Assembly: GCA_051294375.1 (NCBI GenBank)
Contig: CM119265.1
Span: 26,576,564-26,640,563 of the forward strand
DNA length: 64,000 nucleotides
Reading direction: 5' to 3'
Source of the DNA: Paraspadella gotoi
Taxonomy: Eukaryota > Animalia > Chaetognatha
The position numbers were made by a program, and so were the translations under genes. Below, one piece after another: positions 11,517-24,947 of this stretch (position 1 is its first letter; each line of letters starts with the position of its first letter). The notes under the pieces are model-generated. The model did no database searches. It was given only the letters and a program-made list of their open reading frames with translations, and had not been told where the DNA came from.

Positions 11517-14500
11517 CAAACTCGACGGAATGCCATCCTTGTTTTTTCCCTCTAATTAATCTCGTGAATATTCCTGAATTTTTAAATAATCCCTTAAACG
11601 CATTTTTTAAAAAAAATCTTCCGACTTTTCGTTTTATCATTTTTATTCAATTCTTCTTTTCATGTTTTATCGTTTTTCATATTTTTGTTTTGTTTCATCC
11701 TTTCGGAAAAAAAATTATAATTCGTCCCGTAGCCGCAAGGGGCGCCCAACGCTCAAACCGTCCAACCCGCCCCCTACCGTCTCTTTAAAGCGCAGAACGT
11801 AATTGGAATTCTTTTCTTCTTTTAATTTTCATGATATTTTTTTATCGGTTTAACGTTTTACGTTTTCACATCTCCCCTGCTACCCTGTCACTCTACTAAC
11901 ATGTCTCCTAACTGCCCCCTGCTTCTTTGCGTCCATGCTCCCATGTCACTTTTGTGGCTTCAAAACAAATTTGGACTCCATTCAAATATTATCTACGTTC
12001 GAAATTAAAAATGTTTAAACAAGAAATCCATTAAAAGTTCTTGGTCACAACCAGGGATGCTGGAGGCGATGAATATGCCCCGCCTCCACTCCCCGCCTCC
12101 CATGTTGCCCCCCGCCTCCGGTTTGGCGTTCGCCTCTTACTTTTTATACCCGGATCGCTGTCGATTTCGCCTCCCCTAACGCCTCCTTAAGCTTTTTTTA
12201 AGCGAAAAAAGGTTTTACGCACAATAGCATCACTAAATGGTTATTATTTGATTGATTGCTATAATTAATTGATGATGATTTCTTCAATATTATTGTTTGT
12301 TATAATTGACTAATGATTATTGATAATAGTAAAATAATATAATAATAAGCTCATTATTTAGTTATTCAAAAATTACATATTATATCTCTCATTTTTCCTT
12401 TCTCCATTTTTCTATCTCTTGCTCTCTTTCTCTGTCTTTAAAAAAAAAATAAATAAATAACATATGAATGAATGAAATGACAAAAATGAAAAAAATATTT
12501 TAAAAACGAGTGAATGAAAAGAATGAAAGAAAAGTTTTAAAAATTAAACAGTAAAAATGATGTTTTCTTTTTTCTATTTAAACTAATTTCCACTTGTATA
12601 TTCTGCTTAATTCTCTTCCCACTATGGCGACGTGATTAATTGAGATAAGGAGACCACAAACAAATTTTTAGGTCAATACATTTATCCGGAAGAGAACGAG
12701 AGAGAGAAGGTCGCCGTAACTATCGGCGGTGAGGATAGCCGCCACACTTAGGGTGCCCAGTGGGTCTGGCAGGTAGGTTGGTTTAACCGGCCCATCACTC
12801 TTTTGCAAGAACCGTTCCGGCTAGGGCTAAATTTCAGGACATTAAGTAATTGGTGGTCCAAGCTAAGGGTGTAGATACATAGGAATGGGTTGTAGAACAG
12901 ACATAACGTGGATATTTTCACGATCAACATGACACTCATATTTAATTAAAAATAACTAATTCAAAGATATGTTGCAGTAAAATGAAGTTTAAAAGCCAAT
13001 TCATATACGAAATTAATTTCTCACTTGAATTAAAAAACTTTTCAAAAAATAATGAAAATCACAATGTAACAACAACTGTATTAAATGATAAAGGGTAACA
13101 AAAAATAACAACTGTTTCCAAAGATAATCAAAACAATTTAGAAAAAAACTGAGGAGCAATATGCTAGCAAAAAGAGTCCAATATTAATGCAAGTTTTATT
13201 TTCAAACACAGCGGTTAGTTCTAAGAAAAATAAGTGCTCGGCCAATTCCGGAGCCATTCTAGCTCGGTTTTCACGAAGAATTAGCTTTAGATGAGAAAAT
13301 ATTCTCTCTACCGAAACCTGTGTGCTCGGGAGAGAGCAAATATGCGCGCGACAGGTTGTAGGATTTTGGGATAAAGACAAATCATGTCCCAGACGCTTGA
13401 GCCTTTGACTCTCTTTATCTTTTCGGTTCTGTCAGACTTAATTTAAATGCAAAAACACTCGGCAATTCTGGATTTTCTGATGTTTCCAGTGAATTAAGAT
13501 AAGATTCAAACTCTGAATTTCCGTCCATTGCTCCCTGACTTTGTTCTTGCTCAGTAAATGAATGAATGGTCGAAGATAATGAGCTACTCATCTCCCACCG
13601 AAAGTGAATTGCCTCCAGAATTTTTTTGGCTTTGTCTTTTTGCGCGCTGGTGAGAAGGAGACGAGAGCGAGGATCGATCCAAGCGGCAGCAACGACAGAT
13701 CATTTTCGAAGAGTTTTTTCTCTCGCGTTTCGATCGCACGTGCGACTTCAAGAGCCAGGTTGTTGCCCACTTTTTTTAATAGAAAAGCAACTTCTCGCCA
13801 TTCGAGAAGGCATTCACCTGGTGTAAGGCTCTCTTTTTGAAGCATAAGTGAGGCTTTTTGAGGAATCTCAAGGACCGCTACTAAGCTCTTCAGCTCATCC
13901 CACTCACATCGCTAAGATGAACTTCCTGCACTGCCAAGTCCTTGATGTAGTCCTTGAGCTCAAGAATCCGTTTAGCCATTAAAAGTTACTTCCCCAGGCG
14001 GTTTTGTTCAACATAATTTCCCTTTGCGCCTGCGTCTTTTAAGAATCGAATCCATGTTCGGTGCACGCAGCTTTTGAGCGACATATTGAAGCTTTCCTAT
14101 GAAGCCGCAGGGCGGCCAACTTTTATTGCATCTTCTACTGCAAGTTGAAGAGTATGGGCGGCACATCTGTAAAGAGATTGAAAAATATATTTGTATATAA
14201 AGAAGAAGAAAATAATAAAATTAACAAGAATTCTCGACGGTAAAATACAAAAAATTTATATATATACATATGTATTGGCCAACAGAAAAAAACTAATAGA
14301 AAGATAAAAAATATATATAAAAAAGAGAAAGCAAGAAAGATAGAATGATTACAAAAACAAGATGTAAAAAGCGAAAAAGACGTACATATGTAAAGTGCTG
14401 TTTGATTCCAACGACCGCATTGCTTTGTGAAAGAAAAAAAAAGATAAAAGAAATAGTAAAGAAAGAAAGATAGAAATAAAAAAGTAAAGAAAGAAAGAAA

Positions 14501-15793
14501 GAAAGAAATAAAGAAGTAAAGAAAGAAAATGAATGAAAGAAAGAAAGAAAGAAAGAAAGAAAGAAAAGAGAGAAATAAAGAATAAAGAAGAAAAAGAAAA
14601 TAAAGAAGTAAAGAAAGAACGAAAATAATGAAAGAAAGAAAGAAAGAAAGAAGAAAGTAAGAAAGAAAGAAATAAAGAGAGAAGTAAAGAAGAAAAGAAA
14701 TAAAGAATAAAGAAAATAAAGAAATAAAGAAAGAACGAATGAATGAATGAAAGAAAAAGAAAGTAAGAAAAACAGAGAGAGAGTAAGAGCGGGAGGAAAA
14801 GAGCAGGGAAGTACGAAAGAGAAAATAAGAATTGGGGATGACCTTATGATTTTAATAAATTAGCAATAAATGAACAGAAAAAATGATTAAATGATGCATG
14901 AATGGAATGAATGAATAAAATAATTCAACAAATAAATGAATTGAATGAATACATTTGGATTAAATGAATGTTTAGAATAAATGAATTTAGTACTATATAT
15001 AAGTGGGGAGATAAATTTCAAAATTTTATGAGGAAAATAAAAATAAAAAAGCAGACCACAAAAAAGATAGCGACGATGAATGAAACCAAGGAAGAAGACA
15101 ATAGAGTGTAGCAAAAATATTAAAATCAAGTAGAATCAAAATTCTAATAGAAGATCACGAACAGTGCGTTATTTTTAAATTTTCGCATTAGCCCATTCAT
15201 AGTACTCACGATAGAAAAGTTTAAAATTTAAAAAATATTTTTTTCTGATTTTAAAACAGATTCGAAATCCTCATGAAAAATTAAAAACAATTTTTTTATA
15301 TATAAATGTTCTTTAGTCCAAGACTGTTCATGATCAACTATTAGAATTTTGATCTGCTACTTTCACTACACCTTATTAGACAATAATTATGGGACGGAGG
15401 GAAGGAGGAAAGGAGAAACAAAGTGAAAGAGAGAAAGAAAGAGAAGATTTATAAGTCAAATAAAGGTCTATGACAAACTTCATAGAATCTAGTTTGAAAG
15501 ATTATCATGATGACGACGATAACATTTCTTACGGGATTGCGTCCCATAATTTCTAAATAAGAAGAGAGAAAAGACGAAACAGTTTGAACTAACAATGTCG
15601 GATTTGCACACAATAATTTAGCGGTAAGCAGCTTATTAGATGTCTTTCTTTCTTTCTTCTCTTCTTCTTTCTTTTTATTTCTTCTTAAATAGATAAAAAC
15701 TATCAATCATACAGCGATAAAACAATTACCGTTTCGGCTCATTAAAACTCTCCTATCATGTTAATCAGCAATCAGCTATTCATCATATTATCT

Positions 15794-15828
<35 letters not shown>

Positions 15829-18800
15829 CATAAAAAATGTGACTTTACTTTTTCTCATTTCCCCTCACACGATTTCATTGAAACTTTATATCTAGCTTAA
15901 TCAACACACTTTCCTAACAACATACAATTTTTTATTTCGATTTATCAACTTGTTTTTTGATAATTTTAACATTATGAGTAAACATTAGTAAAAAAAAGAT
16001 TCATGTCAATTTGACTTTTGTTAAATGAATGCAAAATTTTCACTTCCCGATAGTTTCCCGAAGCGGTGATAGAATTCATTTGAGCAATGTAATTCATTTA
16101 ATCATGAGATGATTGTCATTCATTGATGTGATGATAGTCATTCATTCATACAATAACATCAATTAATTAAACAATAATCATTCTTTGATTGATAAGTTTG
16201 ATTAAAAAGATGACAGTCATTAATTAATGCAATCATAGTCATTACTGGAATCAAATTCAATCATAAATACAATAATATAAATCAGTGATGCAATGATGAA
16301 AATTCATAGGTGCGATGATAATCAATCATTGATATAAATACGATGATAATTATTCATTGACGCCAAGATAGACCTTTATTCATTAATAAATCGATAAAAG
16401 AATATCAATCATTCATTCAATCAACTTATCATTCAACCAATTGATCATTTTTAAACGCTAAATGTGTGGTGCATATCTAACATTGCTGAGAGAGAAAATA
16501 AATTTAAAATTGATACAAAAATTCAAGTAAATGTGACTTTTTTTTCTATTTAAACCAATTTCTGGGTCATTGATCACTTGACTGCACAAGTATGAATTAA
16601 ACAAATGAAGTTTTACCCGACTTATGAGTATTTTAACGTAAGTTGGAAAGATCAATGGACAGACAGACATACTGACAGACATAGAGACTGACAGAAAAGC
16701 GTCCAACCAACCGTAAAGTCGTTTTTTAGTTGCTTTGTGTGTACTCAAGGCGCAACTAAAAAGATAGGTGATTTATTTACTCTAAAAACAAATAAGGAAA
16801 TTTGAATTTAAAAAATAAATATGCTGACCTCATGTGGTGAATGGATGAATCCATAATCGGAAATTGAGCTTCCTCAGATTCGATTTCATTGACAATCATC
16901 ATCATCTTCATCTTCTTCAGTGACACTTCATCATTCCCGACTTGATCCTTTTCTTTGTTTAGTAGTTCGATGGTCTTTGTCAATTGTTGAAGCATTATCC
17001 ACGATGCAGGACAAAACATGGGAAAGTGGAAGTTCATATCGCCTCATTACTGTTTGAACAAACTCCTTTAAGTGTTGGCTGTCGTGGTGAGCCATAGTGT
17101 CAATGAGCGCAAGAGTTTTGATCTGCACTCTGTGTCAGACAGTACTGGACTGTTACGCCCAGAAAGTGCGAACGAAGGCGTGTAACCCCGTCGAATTTGA
17201 GAAGAGAAAAATTTCCCTTCATTTCTTTAGCCACATTTTCTTTTTCAACCGCAACCCGGTCAAAAAGTAAATTGCGAATAGAACGCGATTCAGATTCACA
17301 CCGAGTTTCTCAGCCAGTGCCCCGTTGAGCAATTTAAAACCAGTCCCAGAAAAAAAAGTAAATGGAACTCCATCGTACGCAGCCATTTCAGAATTGCAGA
17401 CTCAAATTTAGTTTTTGTAATGGACATCGTAGCCGCGGCTGAAGAATTTGGCAAAAAACGAGTCATTGGTCTGTCGTTTACTTGCTCTGATTGTTTGAAC
17501 GATTGTCTTTCTCTTCCACTAATTCAAACTCCTTTGGATGACAGCGCTTTAAATGGCGTTTGAGATTTCCTGAAGAAGCGCCGCCAGATTTACAAGGTAC
17601 AATTGTTGTACTGCATTGCTTGTCGTTTTTCTCGAGTTTGCACTGAAACTTTCTGCCTCTTCAATAAAAAAGTTATATACAGAAGATGTTCGTCTTTTAC
17701 TAGACGTGATCCTCTATTGATTTTAAAATTATTACACGTAGATGGTCTAATTAAAAAAAAAAAAATATTTAAAAATTTTTAATTAAGCTCGAAATTATTC
17801 TCATGTAATAAAAAAAACACTTTTTTTTCTGGAAAGAGAAAGCAAAGAAAACTGTTTTGTTCGCGAGATTGAAAAAAAATTTTCAAACTGAGAATATTGT
17901 CAAGTTTCAATTTGGCGAAAGCGGAACGATGCTGATGAAAATACTTTCAATCACGTCTCCATTATCTGCTGACTCATTCTCGATTAAAGATGCTTAAATG
18001 CAGCGCTCTCATTATTCGAGTTTGAAATAAAACATCTGAACAAGGAGGCGAAACGCGCAAGTATTTAACTTCTCCGAGTTCGCCTCCATAGTCCTCAATT
18101 TTGACTGTAGTCCGATTTCGCCACCTCAAAAAACATGCGCCTCCGCGCGTTTCCATTCCGCCCTCCCGATCGCGTCTGCCATCTCTGGTCACAACCCACG
18201 CCCCTTCACACTCGCCCTTCACTTTGCCACTCACCACACGCATATCCACGCCCACCTGAGCGTCAGCATCGCGCGTCGTAATTGTGTCGTCATTTGTTAA
18301 TTCATTTCGCGCGAGAAGATGTGATCATTGTTGTCTCGCCGTGATCGTTTTGGTCTTCGTCATCGTCTTCGTTGCTGTCTTCGCCGTGGTCCGTTTTCGT
18401 CTTCGTCATTCTCTTCGCCGTGATCGTCGTCGTCTTCGCCGTGATCGTTTTGGTCTTCGTGCTTCTCTTCGTCGTGGTCATCATCATGATAATGTCGTCT
18501 TCGCATAATCAATTGATCATCATACTCTTCTTTTTTTTCGTCGCCGTCGCAAATGTCTGCGTCGTCGTTGTTGTCTTTGTCAGTTCACGTTATCATTACT
18601 ATCTCTTGTCATTATTTGTTTATATCGAACATCGATAGTCATTCACTGACATTCGTCATCGTCGTCGTCATTGTTTGTCTTCGTCGTTGTCTCGTCTTCA
18701 TCGCTGTATCATACTTTTTCTCGTCTTCCTCGTTTCTTCGTCATCGTCGTCGTCGTCGTCATCGTCCGGTCGTCGTCGTGTGACGTCGTAAAGCTTTATT

Positions 18801-19937
18801 TGCATTTACAAGAGAGACGCGTAGCGCGTTACGCTTAATCCTCGCGACGTTTAAAATCGAGAATAACAAAGGGAATGAGATTGACGCTCGATCGTTAAAT
18901 GAGAAATGATAAAGGCAAAATGTCAAGAAAAAATTATGAAAACGATAGATAAATGATGACAAAGCCGAAATAGTGATAAAACAGAAGGGTAATTCCAATG
19001 AGTTGCGCCGCAGTGATTTTATTTTTGCATATATTTCCCTTTGATCATATTATATGACATTGCATGATAACATGACTACAATAACTTTCTTAGCCGTGGA
19101 TTTGATGACATGCACTGCATCAAACATTCAAGAGCATCGCTTGGCAGTCCCCTTATATTTGAGGTTTTTTTTCTGTCTAACAAATGAGCAACTAACAATA
19201 GGCAAATAATATCATTTTTAATATAAGTAGGATAGACGAGGGAGAGATATACCCGACCGACGAGACCCGATGACGACACCAGACCGACCAGCACCGACCT
19301 GGACAAACGTGACATTATAGAGGGGTGCTCCGCGAGTACTCGAAAACCAATGAACCAAATCCAGCGCCGCTAGTCTCCTTGGGAAAAGAAAAGCTTAAAA
19401 AGTTGAAAAAAACAAGAACGGCTAATTCCAATGTGAGCACCTGCAAGTGACTTATTCACAATTATTAACATGCATGACATGACTGACTAAAAAACTGTCT
19501 TTGCCCGTATTAAATGAGCATCAGCACTGTATTAAAATTAGTCTTTTATTCAACTTACAGTTTTAGCAAGGAAATTGCGAATTAAGCGAGAGACGAAGGA
19601 ACGTACTATGTTCTTCTAGAAGTAGAGGGCGTCGAGTTTAAAAAAAAGACGTAGCTTAGAGTATTATTTTATCGACCGATGATTTCGTTTCGTGACTTCT
19701 TTTCAGCACATTTCTCACCGCGACAGACCTCTCAGAAGGTCGTTGAAAAGGAAAAGAAGAGGAAACGAGATAGAAGAGAGTTGTCATATGGAGAACAGCG
19801 TCCTCTTGAAGATTGTCGATTCAATTACGGACATGATTAAAGATCACTATGAAAAATTCAAGGGCTTCAAATGCCTGAATACTTGAAAGAGAGAGATTTT
19901 GAAGAAAGAACGATCGATTATGTTTATGTTGATTAGA
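10709..19937 (+). CDS. Exons of an unidentified protein (10709-10735, 10810-10885, 11045-11222, probable last exon 19707-~19937)
   Basis: AG/GT-bounded exons join in phase to give NPSNDVNKL-IDVNDRVDENEIEYREEKKEHRNSE-VVVNYLESNP. The later exons need frameshift corrections, and no family is recognised. Confidence 0.4.
15105..15372. mobile_element. MITE in the hAT intron, related to the termini of the 24948-28920 element
   Basis: Inverted arms atcaaaattctaatagaagatcacgaacagt / actgttcatgatcaactattagaattttgat; the right end reads ttcactacacc. Confidence 0.65.
16560..16765 (-). repeat. HINE/DINE-1-like (non-autonomous Helentron-type) repeat
   Basis: TTTTAGTTGC...GCAACTAAAA hairpin followed by a (GTCT/GTCC)-like microsatellite. 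Related copies lie near 25410-25590, 27925-28085, 33811-33925 and 42040-42330. Confidence 0.45.
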
Positions 19938-20858
19938 AGAAGACGAGATGATGACTGAATGAAGAGAGAGAAGAATTTTAGATCGGTTGGCCTAACTTTG
20001 TCTGGTTCGATGAGCTAAAAAGTTAATACAAATTTACCCAACTTTCAAGATATTTGAGTCTGTTAAACAGAAAAAGGATAAAATAACGAAAAATGAGGAT
20101 GAAGATTGTATTCATATTTATATGACAAAAAGCGAAAAAAATTCATATACTTGGAAACTTGAAGCAACCTGAACACTATATCAAACAAAATTAGCTTTCT
20201 TTTTTATAATTAAAAATTGGGTATGGTATAAAATTTTTCTATTCTCATTTTTTTAGTCTATTTTTCTTTGGAGTGCTTGAATTCATTCTTAACCCCTTAC
20301 AGAGTATATGATTTAATATTGATGTGATCATGCATACGGTTATGATCATTGAGAAGATATGAGAAGATTATTGAATAAGTCTTTTTTTTTAATTCTTATA
20401 GTGCTTTATTTAATTTTGAAAGTAATGATTTTTTGTTTCGATTTCGGCGAGAATACTTTAAGCTACGGTTCCCCGCCCCCAAAATAAAAAATAACGATTT
20501 TTTATTCCTCGATTCGGTTTCCGACGACTCCCAATGAAATTTGGGACCGAAATTATGAAAAAACAAAAAATCGGAAACAAAAGAAACAATGAAAAACAGA
20601 AATAAAAAAGAAGAAAGAAGACAATTGAAAACCGGTGGCGTTCAAGGGCGGATCGTACGGGGGAGCGTAAGGCGAGTGGGGGCGATGGGGAGGCGGGGTG
20701 AGGGGTGGCCGAGTCCCTGGCGTATTCGCGGTGCTTCGGGGGGGTGTGGCGAATCAACGTCGAAGAACAAGTGAGCAAAATGTCAACAAAAGGAAATAAT
20801 TTCGTAGGGCAGTCTTTACAAAACGTTCTCCCTCTCTCTCTCTCTCGCTCTCTCAACA

Positions 20859-20899
<41 letters not shown>

Positions 20900-22775
20900 C
20901 TCCTCTTCTCTCTCTCTCTCTCTTGTCAACGAAGAATAGAAATATGAAAACATTTATCCAAAAAAAATACAAACTAATAAAAACAAAAATTTAATGTATA
21001 AAATTCAAATTTTTTTTTTCCTAGGATTTTGAGGTGTTAATTCGTAGACCGAAATAAGTCAAATTAACATTAAATATCAACTAATACAATTTAACCTTTA
21101 ACACTTTAATTGAAGAGACGTTTGAAAGGTTTACAACAACGATTTTTTTTAAAATTTTCAATAAGAATTGACTAAACTTGTTATGTTTGCAACAGTTCAA
21201 TTATCGTCTATATAATCAATATTTTGCAATAAGAAACTCACTACTGTTTCGGCTCTTTTGAGACGCTCTTCAATCAGCGTTAAAAAATTTGATTTAAACG
21301 ACAACGAAAGAAAGGATTACACAATAATGTCACATTTTTCATTTCTATTATTAAAATTCCAAAAATGTCGGCTGCGTTAGCGGACTAATGCGACGTTTAG
21401 ATGTCAACCAACGTTGGAACGGGNNNNNNNNNNNNNNNNNNNNNNNNNGACCGAAAAGTGACTTATAGAGGTGCTCCGCGAGTACTCGAAACCAATGACC
21501 AAATCAGCGCCGCTTAGTCTCCCTTGGGGAAAAAGAAAGAAAATTAAAAAGTTGAAAAAAAACAAGAACGGTAATTCCAATGTGTAGCACCGCAGTGACT
21601 TTATTTTCACATTATATAACATGCCATGACATGACATGACTAAAAAACTGTCTTTGCCCGTGTATTAATGACATCCACTGTATTAAAATTACGTCTTTTA
21701 TTCCTTACAGTTTTAGGAATTCCTTAAGGCGGCGCTACTTGTTTTTTTTAAAAATCTAAGCTCGATTTTTAATAAAAACGCATCTACGCTTAAGATATTT
21801 TTTTTTATTCACGATGAATTTTTTTCATCTCTTCTTTTCGATTCTCTCTCCCGTCACTACCTCTCATCGTTGAAGCGAAAAGAAAGAGGGAGACAGAGAT
21901 GATGAGAGAGGAAATAGGGAGACAGCGTCGGCGAAGTTGCGTCGCAATTTCGACGGACGCAACAGAAGTTGACAGAAACGCCAAGCGAAATTGANNNNNN
22001 NNNNNNNNNNNNNNNNNNNNNNNNNNNNNNNNNNNNNNNNNNNNNNNNNNNNNNNNNNNNNNNNNNNNNNNNNNNNNNNNNNNNNNNNNNNNNNNNNNNN
22101 NNNNNNNNNNNNNNNNNNNNNAGATTAAGTGGTTGCCGCTGGTTTCGTGATTCTGTATCAGCAAATTTCCCCGAAGAGTTGAAGAGAGGCGAAAGAAAAA
22201 AGAAAAAAAAAGAAAAAAGAAAGAAGGAAAGTTTCTTTTTTTCCTCTTCTTTTATGGGTCGAACTCTTCTCTTTTTAAAAGATATGATATTAAAGGATAT
22301 GATGTGATATGATACGGTATGATATGAGAAGATATGAGAAGATATGATAAGTCTTTTTTTTAATTTTATAAGGCTTTTTTATTTTGAAAGTAATATTTTT
22401 TTTTTCGATTTCGGGAGAAACTTTAGCTACTTCCCCCCCCCCAAAAAAAAATAACGATTTTTTATTCCTCGATTCGGTTTCCCGACGACTCAATGAAATT
22501 TGGGAACCGAAATTATGAAAAAACAAAAAATCGGAAACAAAAGAAACAATGAAAGAAAGNNNNNNNNNNNNNNNNNNNNNNNNNNNNNNNNNNNNNNNNN
22601 NNNNNNNNNNNNNNNNNNNNNNNNNNNNNNNNNNNNNNNNNNNNNNNNNNNNNNNNNNNNNNNNNNNNNNNNNNNNNNNNNNNNNNNNNNNNNNNNNNNN
22701 NNNNNNNNNNNNNNNNNNNNNNNNNNNNNNNNNNNNNNNNNNNNNNNNNNNNNNNNNNNNNNNNNNNNNNNNNNN

Positions 22776-22812
<37 letters not shown>

Positions 22813-23489
22813 CAACGAGATAGAAATATGAAAACATTATCCAAAAAAATACAAACTAATAAAAAACAAAAAAATTTAAATGTATGAATTCAAAAATTTT
22901 TTTTTTTCCTAGGATTTTTGAGTGTTAGATTCGTAGACAAATTAATCATTAACATTAAATATCCAACTATTAACATTTAACCTTTAACACTTTAATTAGA
23001 AGAGACGTTTGAAATGTTTTACAACAACGATTTTTTTTTATTTTCAATAAGAATTGACAAACTTTATGTTTGCAACGTTCAATATGTCTAATGATCAATA
23101 TTTTCAATAAGAAACTTACATGTTTCGGCTCTATTTGAGAGCCTTCATCAGCGTTAAAATTTGATTAAACACAATGAAAGAAAGGATTACACAATAATGT
23201 CAACATTTTATTTCTATTTTAAATTCCAAAATGTCGGCTGCGTTAGCGGACTATGCGACGTTAGATGTCAACCAACGTTGGACGGGTCCTTTTATATAGC
23301 ACCTCGTCTCTCTCTCTCTCTCTCTCACTCTTTCTCTCTCTCTCTGTCTCTCTCTCTCTCTCTGTCTCTCTGTCTCTCTCTCTTCCTTTATTCATTCCAC
23401 GGATCATTTTTCCTTGTTTTTCTCGGAGAAAAAACAAAGGGCATCTAATGTATTGTTTTCGCCCTCCGCCAGAGTGCTCGGGAAAGGGA

Positions 23490-23523
<34 letters not shown>

Positions 23524-23524
23524 T

Positions 23525-23571
<47 letters not shown>

Positions 23572-23697
23572 AGCGCTGTCTCTTGCATCCGCTAGAGGCT
23601 TTGGTCTAGATTAAATCAGATCATATCTTAAGTTTTTTATTTTATTTTTATTTTCTTGTTTTTATTTTTTTTCCTTTTCTATTATTCTACATATTAT

Positions 23698-23733
<36 letters not shown>

Positions 23734-24010
23734 AGAAAAGAATGATAAACGGAAAAAAAATGGAAAAAAGGAAGCGAAAAGGAAAAAAAGGAAATGCAGA
23801 AAAGAAAGGAAAGAAAAAGAAGAGAAGGAGAAAAAAGAAAAGTGGAGGGGAGGAAATGAAAAAAAAAGAATAAGAAAGGAAGAAAGGGAGAAAAGGAAGA
23901 GGGGGAAATGAGAAAAGGCGAAGTTCCGAAAGTGAGAATAAGGGTGTGGAAGGTTTTTGTTAGATTTAATTTATCGTTGAAATCCCGTTCAGTTTGAGAG
24001 ATGAGAGAGA

Positions 24011-24126
<116 letters not shown>

Positions 24127-24489
24127 AGAGAGAGAAAGAGAGAGAGAGAGATAGAAGCGCTGGTCTCTTGCATCCGCTAGAGGCTTTGGTCTAGATTAAA
24201 TCAGATCATATCTTAAGTTTTTTATTTTATTTTTATTTTTTTGTTTTTATTTTTTTTTCCTTTTCTATTATTCTACATATTATTCATCTCTCTCTCTCTC
24301 TCGCTCTCTTCTCTCTCCTCCTTTTCTCACTCTCTCTTCTTCAATTACTTTCTCTCTCTCTCCTCTCTCGTTTTCTCTACAATTTTCTCCTCTTTTTGTC
24401 TCAAACTTCGTCTCATTTGTTTATTCCTATTCGTTCTCATTGCTACGCNNNNNNNNNNNNNNNNNNNNNNNNNGAGAGAGATAGAGAAT

Positions 24490-24548
<59 letters not shown>

Positions 24549-24947
24549 AGAGAGAGAGAGAAGAGAGAGAAGAGTAGAGAGAGAGAAAGAGAGAGTCTCA
24601 TTCAACGTGAGGGTATTCAGTTTTTGATGTGAGAGAGCCCGTTCCTCTGGGGAACGGTCCAACAACGCCTGAATTTTAATGCTGTAATCTAATTTACGTT
24701 TTCCGTCGAATTTAAATTCGCAAATCGTAATTTTTTTAACTCTCTGGTGAATATAATTTGGGTTTTTTTTTTAAACAAAATGTACAAAATATAAATGAAT
24801 AAAAACGAAAAGTACATTTTTTTTCCTCTCGACTATTTTTAAATCCGCAAGATGCTCTCTTAAAAAAATAAATCCGATCGTCGGGTGTTAATAATTAATA
24901 TGTATATAATATGTAGTATAGTATATAGTACTTAGTATGTATATTAA

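Larger units (their letters stand above)
13202..17710 (-). pseudogene. hAT transposase, two exons (~17710-16829 and 14166-13202), multiple frameshifts
   Basis: BED zinc finger (CKLEKNDKQC...SSGNLKRHLKRCHP), the motif VDNAS, an intron splitting HMR|CAAHTLQLAV (CxxH), and the C-terminal dimerisation motif LPSTQVSVERIFSHLKLILRENRARM. Confidence 0.9.
12052..18187 (-). mobile_element. hAT-superfamily DNA transposon, 6136 bp
   Basis: Perfect 8-bp TSD GTCACAAC at 12044-12051 and 18188-18195. Imperfect 19-bp TIRs CAGGGATGCTGGAGGCGAT / CAGAGATGGCAGACGCGAT (14/19). Subterminal CGCCTC repeats at both ends and an internal transposase. Confidence 0.93.
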
